Source: the human T2T-CHM13v2.0 reference genome, Homo sapiens. From it: DNA of 64,000 nt. Shown here one piece after another: positions 46,871 through 64,000 of the stretch (within the stretch, counting starts at the first letter, position 1; each line of letters starts with the position of its first letter). The stretch is from assembly GCF_009914755.1 (NCBI RefSeq), contig NC_060933.1; one strand, 5' to 3'. Under the pieces are notes generated by a model, which worked only from the letters and a program-made list of their open reading frames with translations, was not told the origin of the DNA and made no database searches. A program made the translations under genes and the position numbers.

Positions 46871-47074
46871 TCATAATGCTCGGGTTGTAACTATAGTACT
46901 TATCTAGCAAAAGCTTGCTTTTTTTTTTTTGGCTTTGACTAATTGAAACTGCAAGAGCTTACTGGCAGAGTGGTGTACTGGTCAATATTTAACCAATTCT
47001 CCAAAGGGGAAAAACCCTGATTTGTATGTAGGATTTGTCAGTTTCCATGGTATAAATAGTCTTCCCACAGCTGG

Positions 47075-47187
47075 TAGGGTGACCAACTTGTTCTGGTTTG
47101 CCAGGGGCTTTCCCATTTTTAGGCCTGAAAGTCCTGAATCCCAGAAAATTCCTCATTCCCCAGGAAATAGCTTGATTGGTCACCCTA
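47075..47187 (+). mobile_element. MER81 (hAT-Blackjack MITE) nested in a MER53-like element (about 46967-47295)
   Basis: TIRs TAGGGTGACCA / TGGTCACCCTA; degenerate 8-bp TSD acagctgg / atggctgg. Confidence 0.75.
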
Positions 47188-47318
47188 ATGGCTGGTTGCA
47201 AGCTCCCGATATGACAGAACTGGACGAGAAGTTGGGCAGAGATGTGCACATGGTACCAGCCTATGCCAGGAGCAGCGGCCTCCAGCACCCCACTGTCAGG
47301 GAGTCCTTGGCCCAGTAG

Positions 47319-48285
<967 letters not shown>

Positions 48286-48291
48286 TAGCTA

Positions 48292-48498
<207 letters not shown>

Positions 48499-48776
48499 TC
48501 ACAAGGCTGAGGCCGGAAAATCCCTGGAACCCGAGGGGCGGAGATCGCAGTGAACCGAGATCACGCCATGCACTCCAGCCTGGGTGACAGAGCAAGACAT
48601 AACCTTAAAAAAGAAAAAAAAAAATGTAGAGATGAAGTCTTGCTGTGTTGCCCAGGCTAGTCTCAAATGCCTGGGCTCAAGCAATCCTTCTGCCTCAGTA
48701 TCCCAAAGTGCTAGGATTACAGGCATGAGGCACTGCACCAGGCCTACATCCTCTTTTTTTTTTTTTTTTTTTTTGA

Positions 48777-49167
<391 letters not shown>

Positions 49168-49574
49168 AGCGATCCTCCCATCTCAGCCTCACAGAATTAA
49201 AGGAATTACAGGAAGAGCTGCTATACCTGGCTGGATCTATGTTTTAAAAATATAACCCAGATAACCCTGTGGTCAGTGTCTAAGATGAATTGGATTAGAC
49301 CAAGGGAGAAAAACTAAAGATGGGAATACTAGTTTGGGACTTTGCTTGCTTGCTTGCTCTCATTTAGAAAACATTTAGTAGTTCTACAATGCTCAGGCAC
49401 TGTTCTGGGAGTCACAAATATAGGATTGAATAAAGTAAATAAAGCACTTGCTCTCCTGGAGCTCACTTTTCACTGGGGGAATGCAGATAGTAGACACATA
49501 CATCTATAGTATCAGTAAGTGCTAATAGAAAAATGAAGCAGGTGAGATGGATCATGCTGAGTAGAATGTATCTT

Positions 49575-49680
49575 CTTTTCCTTCCTTCCTTCCTTCCCTC
49601 CCTCCTTCCTTCTTTCCTTCCTTCTTTCTTTCCTTCCTTTCTTCTTTTCTCTTTCTTCCTTTCTCTCTCTTTCTTTGCTT
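49575..49680. repeat. (CTTC/CTTT)n polypyrimidine tract
   Basis: Direct reading. Confidence 0.9.
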
Positions 49681-49772
49681 TTTATTGTCTTAAAATGTAC
49701 ATAACATAAAATTTACCCTCTTAACCATTTTTAAGAATACAATTCAAGGCCGGGCATGGTGGCTCACACCTA

Positions 49773-50123
<351 letters not shown>

Positions 50124-50682
50124 TCACCACCATCCATCTCCAGAATTTTTTTGAGTGGAGCTCTTTTTAATAGAGTAGTTGAAGGCCTCTGTGACACAGT
50201 AGCATCTGAGCAGAAGCTTGAATGAAGTGAGAAAAGAATCCTTTTGCATAGTTTAGGGGAAGTATGTTCCATTCCTGGTCCTGGAAATAGTTAAGACTAT
50301 CACAATAGTGCAGGAGAAAGATGATACAATACAGTTTGTGTAGCTGAAACCCCGTCTTCAGAATGTAAAGGAGAACAGATGGGAAGTCATGTTCCTCCCA
50401 GAAGTAATTCATGTAGCAGAGAAGCCAATGCAGATCCACGAGACAGACAATTCAGTGCTCTGCACAAGAACTGTGCTTTAAGCATGGAGAGGATTTTTGT
50501 ATCTGTCCTGGGATCCTACATCAAACAGCATGTGGTGATTGTGAACACAAACGTACAAGACTGTGAACCCTACCAAGTTTCCTTCTTCCATGAGATATGA
50601 ATAAGGAGTCATGAGTTTCCTTTGGAATGTCCTTTAGCCTGTTGGTACATGTTTTGCCTGTGACGAATGCAGTTACTTATAA

Positions 50683-51219
<537 letters not shown>

Positions 51220-52064
51220 TAACTTGCTGTGGTGATACCATACTAGAGTCACAAAATCAAGCCCTACCCTGCCACAGCCACCTAAAGGAAATTAGGTGAT
51301 ATACAAAAGAAATTGACCATATTGTTGTCCTTTTAGTGACTCTCCTAATTTTCTTCCCCTGAAAACTTACAGAGAAATTTGAGTATGTTTGCCTTAGGTG
51401 GATGCTTGTTTTTTTATTGATATGAAAAGCAGTAAGAGGAAATGGAGTTTTTTGGCCTGTTAAGGAAGGGCAGCCACTGTAAACACAGTTGAGTGCAAAT
51501 TCACAGTGTTAGAATGTTGAAGTGTATATAATGATTTTGCAAAATTTTCTACAAGGCTGATACAGTATCCAATCAGGACTAGGATTAGATATATTGTCAT
51601 GTATGTTTGCGCAGGAAATGCAGAGACTCTAAGGTGCTACAACTGCAATTTGACATGTGGGATAGTTCACTGGTAACTGTTGATCTCCCTGAGGTTTAAG
51701 TTTACAGTTCCACAGCTCTTTATCTGAAACTCTTGGGCTATGTGTTATGGAATTTAGAATTTTTTCCGAAATACGTTGCATATATTGTATATTATGACAT
51801 GATACCTCCAAGAAAGACTTGGAGTCACATCCTATAAACAAACGCATGAATATATCCCAGTGAAATGTATGACTATTTTTACTAAAACAAATGAGAATCA
51901 TAAATAGACTTACATTACTTCAGGTCAGATTTTGCTGCCGAATTAGTTTGGGCATCGAACTTTTGGTTTCAGAGACAAAACTGTGAAATTTTAGATTATA
52001 TTATGGGGTTGTGGACCCATGTAACCCTCCTCTCCGTAATTCCTAAAAGCAAGCAATTGCATCA

Positions 52065-52349
<285 letters not shown>

Positions 52350-52359
52350 CTACATGTTA

Positions 52360-52841
<482 letters not shown>

Positions 52842-53268
52842 TCATAGGCCAGTTCTCTCTGGCATGTGAGTTTAACATCAGTCACCTCCTTCACACACAG
52901 CGGGTGCATTCGTAATAGGAGGTCCTTAGCTGGGAGTTTTTATGGCACATCAGTGGGGCGTGAAAACACCACATAGGAGCTAATATATCTTTGCTGGCTG
53001 CTTTCTCCGGCTCCACAGCAGACAGAAACCCTATGAATCATATCCAGGGGTCAGGTGCAGGCAACAGACAACTAATATCTCCCAAGTGAGTTGAAAAGGA
53101 TCTTGTTACCCAGCATCCTAAGGAGGTTGTAGCCTTGGGAACCATAGGCAAGAATAATTAACTCAGCTCCTCGGTTAGTGCCTCTTCAGTTCGAGATGGA
53201 ATTTATTTGCAGGCATGGCTCCTTAATATGCCAAACCCATGCTCAAGACATACTCCTTCTCCTGGAAG

Positions 53269-53302
53269 GTTAACGTGGCTCCTGTGGCTGTTCCATCCCT
53301 GA
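53269..53302 (+). CDS. FXN: FXN alternative exon 5b coding part (RLTWLLWLFHP*; 171-aa isoform)
   Basis: Acceptor tccttctcctggaag| at 53268. Joined to exon 4 (phase 2) it reads AGG TTA ACG TGG CTC CTG TGG CTG TTC CAT CCC TGA, the known 5b C-terminus. Confidence 0.93.
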
Positions 53303-53529
53303 GGAAAAGTGAGGACCATGCTCTCCAAACAGGCCATGTGCTGGACTACCTCTGTTTCTGTCTCCTGGGATTCCAATCAGCAAGTGAGCAACGAAGCAAC
53401 CCAGACAGTGTGGTTCATAGGATGGCTGGGTAAGTGGCTGTTTGTTTTTTCCTTACTGTGGATATGTATCAGTGAAGGAATCTGTAGAACATTCTTGATG
53501 GGAACATTTAGTCATATCAAGTCAATAAA
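53303..53529 (+). other. FXN: Exon 5b 3'UTR with internal donor TGG|gtaagt (53430) and AATAAA (53524-53529)
   Basis: Consensus donor and canonical poly(A) signal seen directly. Confidence 0.75.
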
Positions 53530-53532
53530 TTA

Positions 53533-53817
<285 letters not shown>

Positions 53818-53873
53818 TCAAAAAAAAATTAAAAAAAAAGAAAAATCATTATTTTATTTTTGACTTATTATTA

Positions 53874-54026
<153 letters not shown>

Positions 54027-54029
54027 TTA

Positions 54030-54239
<210 letters not shown>

Positions 54240-54552
54240 TCATATATTGGTGAGGAGACAATTCAACACATATTTTTTATTGAACACATACTATGTGTCA
54301 GGGTACCAGATATAAGCTCTATCTACAAGGATTTTAGGAGCTGGAGTATGTGTATGGGGGGGATGTATGAGTGTGTATAACAAAGACGACTCCTGGGGAA
54401 GAAGAGGAAGACAAGCCCCAGAGGTATACTGCATAGGCATAATACACAACAGGCTAGCAAAGAAGCAAACCATGGGTATGGTAGAGAGAATCAGAGGATA
54501 CATTGGGGACCATTTCTAGTGAGTGAGGTCAGGAGAGACTTCAATAATCTGA

Positions 54553-54798
<246 letters not shown>

Positions 54799-56330
54799 TA
54801 GTAGAGACGGGGTTTCACCGTGTTAGTCTGGATGGTCTCGATCTCCTGACCTTGTGATCCACCCACCTTGGCCTCCCAAAGTGCTGGGATTACAGGCGTG
54901 AACCACTGCGGCCGGCCTAAATTTGTTTTAAAAGTACGCATAGGAAGGCTGGGGGCTGTGGCTTATGCCTGTAATCACAGCACTTTGGGAGGCCAAGACA
55001 GGCAGATCACGAGGTCAGGAGATCGAGACCATCCTGGCTAACACAGTGAAACCCCGTCTCTCCAAAAAAACAAAAAATTATCCAGGCCTAGTGGCACACG
55101 CCTGTAGTCCCAGCTACTTGGGAGGCTGAGGCAGGAGAATCGCTTGAATCTGGGAGGTGGAGGGTGCAGTGAGCCACTGCACTCCAGCCTGGGTGACAGA
55201 GCAAACTAGGTCTCAAAAAAAAAAAAAAAAAAAAAGTACATGTGGGGGACAGGTGCAGTGTCTCAGCCTGTAATCAATCCCAGCACTTTGGGAGGCTGAG
55301 GTGGGTGGATCACTTGAGGTCAGGAGTTCAAGACCAGCCTGGCCAACATGGAGAAACCCCATCTCTACTAAAAATACAAAAATTCGCTGGGCGTGGTGGC
55401 GCACGTCTGTAGTCCCAGCTACTGGGAAGACTAAAGTGAGAGAACTGCTTGAGCCCAGAGGTCGAGGCTGTGGTGAGCGGTGATTTCACCACTTCAGTCT
55501 AGCCTGGGTGACAGAGAGAGACCCTGTCTCATATAAACAAATAAATAAAAGTTTATTTATTTATTACACATATTTATTACACATTATTACAAGACCTTGA
55601 ACTAACAACATTAACATGCATTTGTTAAAGGAAAATAAATTAGCTCAGATGCTACTACTTTTCATAATACTTGCACGATTGATTTCAATCCCTGTTCATC
55701 TGAATGGAGAGTTGCAGGTATACTATGCAGCTATTCTACTTATATTCTGTTTTTTAATGTAACAGTATTATTTCTTGATGTCTCTACACATTTTATATCA
55801 CTTTAATATTTAATAAAAACATCTACCATAAGTTCTAAAATGGTAAAAGGAAGAATAGTCATTAGTACTGTCACTACCCTGAATGAATACAAATACAGTT
55901 TGCACTAGGGCTTATTTTGCTCCTGTCCTTTGCCTGTGCATTTCATTTTTGCATCGTGGTAATCATACTGGGTGAATTTTGTATTCTGTAATTTCAACTG
56001 AATATTATATCATAAGTGTTATCTACAAGTTCCATGAGGACCAAATCTTCTCCACCTTTTTCACCATTTTACTTAGCATGGTATAGTAAAGCTGGCTCAA
56101 TAAATATTTGCTGATTGAATAAATGTTGTTACATGCTCTTCCTGATTAACATATATATACGCATATACAATTTTTTAGTGACTGCATTAATTTACTTCAT
56201 TTTTTCCTAATTGTTGGATATTTCAGTTGCCATTTTTTTGCTTTTATGAATAATGTGTTGATGAAAAGATTTGTGCATATAGTTTTCTCTGCATTTGGAC
56301 TATTGTCTTTTTTTTTTTTTTTAAAGATAG

Positions 56331-56429
<99 letters not shown>

Positions 56430-56750
56430 TGAGTAGCTAGAATTACAGGTGCCCACGACCATGCCCAGCTATTTTTGTATTTTTAGTAGAGAAGGGGTTT
56501 CACCATGTTGGCCAGGCTGGTCTCGAACTCCTGACCTCAGGTGGTCCTCCTGCCTCGGCCTCCCAAAGTGCTAGAATTACAGGCATGAGCCACCAACGCC
56601 CAGCCTTGACTATTGTCTTAAGATAGGGTGAAATTACAGGATCAAATGATTTGGACAGTTTTGCAAGTCTTAATGCATTTTAAATTAAAATGCTTTTTAA
56701 AAAAGCTGGGACAGCCAGGTGCGGTGGCTCATGCATGTAATCTCAACTCA

Positions 56751-56855
<105 letters not shown>

Positions 56856-56986
56856 TTAAAAACAAACAAAAAAAGCTGGGACAGTTTACAATGGGCAATA
56901 GCCATGTACCAGCTTTACCACACCTTCACCTGCCCTGGTTTTTTTGTTGTGTTTTTCAATTGTTGTTATTGATTTAAGTGAAAGAA

Positions 56987-57496
56987 TTTTTTTATTTTTT
57001 TTATTGATCATTCTTGGGTGTTTCTCGCAGAGGGGGATTTGGCAGGGTCATAGGACAATAGTGGAGGGAAGGTCAGCAGATAAACAAGTGAACAAAGGTC
57101 TCTGGTTTTCCTAGGCAGAGGACCCTGCAGCCTTCCGCAGTGTTTGTGTCCCTGGGTACTTGAGATTAGGGAGTGGTGATGACTCTTAACGAGCATGCTG
57201 CCTTCAAGCATCTGTTTAACAAAGCACATCTTGCACCACCCTTAATCCGTTCAACCCTGAGTGGACACAGCACATGTTTCAGAGAGCACAGGGTTGGGGG
57301 TAAGGTCACAGATCAACAGGATCCCAAGGCAGAAGAATTTTTCTTAGTACAGAACAAAATGAAAAGTCTCCCATGTCTACCTCTTTCTACACAGACACGG
57401 CAACCATCCGATTTCTCAATCTTTTCCCCACCGTTCCCCCCTTTCTATTCTACAAAACCGCCATTGTCATCATGGCCTGTTCTCAATGAGCTGTTG
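56987..57496 (-). mobile_element. SVA 3' fragment (SINE-R domain plus poly(A))
   Basis: Characteristic SINE-R sequence (attgatcattcttgggtgtttctcgcagagggggatttggcaggg...tctcaatgagctgttg); no VNTR or hexamer head. Confidence 0.93.
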
Positions 57497-59288
57497 ACAG
57501 AATCTCGCTCTGTCGCACAGGCTGGAGTGCAGTGGCGCGATCTCGGCTCCACCTCCCAGGTTCACGCCATTCTCCTGCCTCAGCCTCCCGAGTAGCTGGA
57601 ACTATAGGTGCCGCCACCATGCCCGGCTAAGTTTTTGTATTTTAGCGTAGAGACGGGGTTTCACCATGTTAGCCAGGATGTTCTTAATCTCCTGACCTCA
57701 TGATCTGCCCGCCTCGGCCTCCCAAAGTGCTGGGATTACAGGCGTGAGCCACCGCGCCTGGCCAAATGAAAGAATTTTTAATCAATTAGCCTACTTATAT
57801 AACCACAGTTTACATCACAGGGATACTGTGCCAAATAAATACTCATTAAAATGTGAGCCCATTATTTTGGTCATGTCCCTATTATCTCTACTATTACCCT
57901 ATGGATAATAAGCAAAGTTGCAATTCAGCTGTATCTCTAATTTCAATTATTAACCTATACGTATAAATACCAGTTGTATTATTACAGAACTATATTATTG
58001 TTCACAACTCTTTGAACATCACAATGAGTAAGTTTTTACATTACGCACTATCAGTAATATTACCTTCATTTTCTACGAAGGCATCCAATGAATATATCTA
58101 TGTGTATGTCTATCTATATCTATATCTGTATAGCTGTGGCTTTCTCACTGGAAATTCATAGGTAATCCCAACTTCAGAGAAACTATGCTTTTCTATGTGA
58201 ATTTAAAATTAGTTGTATTTGCCAGAGGCTTAAATAAAACTACAGTGATCTTTGGACTGTTAACAAATGGCTAACACAAAATATTTATTTATGAGTTGTT
58301 TGCTAAAGTCCAAATGCCATAAAGCAAACAGTATGCCACTTACTTGAACTGATATTTTCTTAGAAAAACTTTTTAAAGATGGCTTTAAAAGAGAAAAAAA
58401 AAGCTTGTTAAAAATGTCTTTTAAAGCCATTCTAGCCATGAATCTAGAGGTAACCACTGACTCTAAACTCCATGGAGATTTGTAAATTGAATGACTTACA
58501 ACATCATGTCAAAGTAGAGTGGACTGTAAAGTGTGTTAAAGAGGACCAAAGTAATCTTTCACCCAGTGATTGCTGAGCATGGAGGAGGGACTGTCGTTGG
58601 CTATTCCTCTTTCCTTTCTTCTCAACACCTGACTGGTAGTCACAGGTCGGGTGTTTACCTATTTGTGCCACTGCTCAGAGAGAAGGTGGAGCTTCCTGGG
58701 AGGAGGGACCCAGGTTTTCTCCAGGCTCAGGAGCAGCCCTGCCCTCAGGCCAGGCAGGTGTGGCTGGGGAGGGGTAAGGAGTGCCAAAAGAGCACTCAGC
58801 AGTCATGTGACCCTTGTGACCTTGGCCAGCCTGTTTCTGACAGGTACAGCTGCCCCTATTTAGTCTTCAGGAAGTACCAGAACACCCTAAAAGCAACCTC
58901 TCACTGGGTCCCCTTCAAGACTTTCTCCATCCCATTAGGATCCCTGCAAGTGTCAGCCAGTGGTAACTGGCAGATCTTCTAGTCCACCCCATTATGTTTA
59001 TTTTACTGTATTTGGCTTTTAATTAAATTCAAAAGAGTACATTATTAAAAAGTACAGGTGTGGGCTGGGTGTGGTGGCTCAGGTCTGTAATCCCAGCACT
59101 TTGGGAGGCAGAGGTGGATGGATCACTTAAGCCCAGGAGTTGGAGACCACCCTGGCCAACATAGCAAGACCCTGTCTCCATTAAAAATAAATAAATAGCC
59201 AGGCGCGGTGGCTCACACCTATAATCCCAGCACTTTGGGGGGCTGAGGCAGGCGGATCACCTGAGGTGGGGAGTTCAAGACCAGCCTA

Positions 59289-59540
<252 letters not shown>

Positions 59541-59807
59541 CTAAATAACGTCTCTCACCTTTCCAGTTAACCACTGTTAACCAAGATGCTACTCCTCTTT
59601 CCAGCCTTTTTCCTACTTATTAGCATATATGTGTATTTACTAAATAAACAGGTCAAACTATATGTATTGTTTTGCAAATTGCCTTTTTCCTTAACCATGT
59701 GTCTTGAAGAACTTTGCATATTGGCCCATATGGACTAGCTTACCATTTTTAACTAATGGAGAGCATTCTTTAGAGTTGGCTGGCAGAAATACACTAAAAA
59801 GTTGTGA

Positions 59808-60008
<201 letters not shown>

Positions 60009-60187
60009 TGAGTAGCTGGGACTACAGGCGTCCGCCACCCCGCCCGTCTAATTTTTGTATTTTGTTTTTAGTAGAGACGGGGTTTCACCTTGTTAGCCAG
60101 GATGGTCTCGATCTCCTAACCTCGTGATCCGCCCGCCTCGGCCTCCCAAAGTGCTGGGATTACAGGCGTGAGCCACCGCACTCGGCC

Positions 60188-61985
<1,798 letters not shown>

Positions 61986-62102
61986 CTAGGTTGTTACCAC
62001 ATTCATTGACTGCCATTAATATCTGATAGGGTTTTGTGGTTTTAACATGAGAAGTATATGAAAAGAAGCAGAACTCATCAAGTCTCAAAGTCTTAAGAAT
62101 TA

Positions 62103-62444
<342 letters not shown>

Positions 62445-63299
62445 TTATCAAATCATAAGAGCCAAAGGAATGTAAAATCCACTTAATCGACCTGGGTGGA
62501 AGGTACAAATTTCTATGGGTAGAAACCAAATTAGTAATCCTGGGAGGTGGGCTATATGGTTACCCCTTTTTGAAATTATGAAGCAATTTAAGTACAAACA
62601 GGGTTTGGTGAGTTCCAGCCAGATGTACTTGCTGGTAGCTGTGCAACTTCAAACATACTTAGAATGCAAAATCCACAAATTACTGGAATGATACATATAT
62701 TTGCTTAGTGAGTGAAAAGAAGACTCACTCCTATGGTATACAAAATCTAATCTTGCCGTCATCTGAAATCTTTTCTTTAAAGTTCACTAACAAAGTAGTT
62801 GTCTGGCCAAGAGTGGTGGCCCACGCCTGTAATCCCAGCACTTTGGGAGACTTAGGTGGGTGGATCACCTGAGGTCAGGAGTTCGGGACCAGCTTGGTCA
62901 ACATGGTGAAATCCTGTCTCTACTAAAAATACAAAAATTAGCTGGGTGTGGTGGTGCATATCTGCAATCCCAGCTACTCGTGAGGCTGAGGCAGGAGAAT
63001 TGCCTGAACACGGGAGGCAGGGGTTGCAGTGAGCCATGATGGCATCACTGCACTTAGCCTGGATGACAGAGTGAGTGAGATTCCATCTCAAAAATAAAAT
63101 CAAAATAAAATAAAATAAAATTGAAGGTAATCATCCACCTAGGAGGTGGGCATCTTTTTATCCAAAGGAAAATTTATATATTTATTTATAAATACATAAA
63201 AATAAAATAAATAAATAAATAAAAATAAATTTTCCGTGTCAGGCATGGTGGCTTACACCTGTAATCCTAGCACTTTGGGAGGCTGAGGCGGGCAGATCA

Positions 63300-63509
<210 letters not shown>

Positions 63510-64000
63510 TTATCTCAATAAATAAATAAATAAATAAATAAAAAAGAAATACAGCTATATCCAACAACCAGAATAAATCTTGGAAATATAATTTGCAGTG
63601 AAAAGAGCTGGTTGCAGAAGACTACATAGAGTGTGATTCCATTTTTATAAAGAAGCTCAAAACCAAGCTAATCCAAACAACATATTGTTTAGGAAGACAT
63701 ACATGTTTGTTAAAACTGTTTTTTTTTTTTAAATGAATGCATAATTTAGGATGGTGATTACCTCGAAATGGATGGAGAAGATGGGTTTAGGATTTGGAAG
63801 GCACATGGTAGCTTTAAAAGCAATGGCAATGCTTTATGCATAAATTGTTTGGTGGGTTCATGTATTCATTTTATTATATACTCCTAAGCTTACAGAGATG
63901 TTACTTATTTTATATATATCAAATATTGTATAATAAAATGTAAGTGAAAAAATGCTACTTTTATAAAATGGAATAATCAAGCAAACATGTTAAGTTAAAA

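Noticed and set aside
57008-57595. ORFs in the SVA fragment
   Set aside because: Recurrent SINE-R translations, not genes.

Overview
Human genomic DNA covering the 3' part of the frataxin gene (FXN, Friedreich ataxia locus, 9q21) on the + strand. It contains the end of exon 2, exons 3, 4 and 5a with the long Alu-rich 3'UTR, and the alternative exon 5b about 27 kb further on. The GAA repeat is in intron 1, upstream of this window. About 70 Alus, several L1 fragments, a cluster of ERV1 solo LTRs (36-46 kb) and DNA-transposon relics fill most of the rest. The most interesting non-obvious element is a highly decayed cTAGE5/MIA2-like retrocopy (about 21870-24055) nested in sense orientation in FXN intron 4. 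It keeps its AATAAA and poly(A) remnant, lies about 1 kb downstream of an orphan CpG-rich segment, and shares a 67-bp duplicated block with its upstream flank. Other notable items: a 5'-truncated AK3 processed pseudogene, an Alu/SVA chimera inside one TSD pair, a human-type AluYb8, an orphan palindromic 63-bp satellite array inside an Alu, and a 3'UTR base that breaks a miR-124 seed site. All family assignments were made by eye against remembered consensus sequences; no database searches were run.
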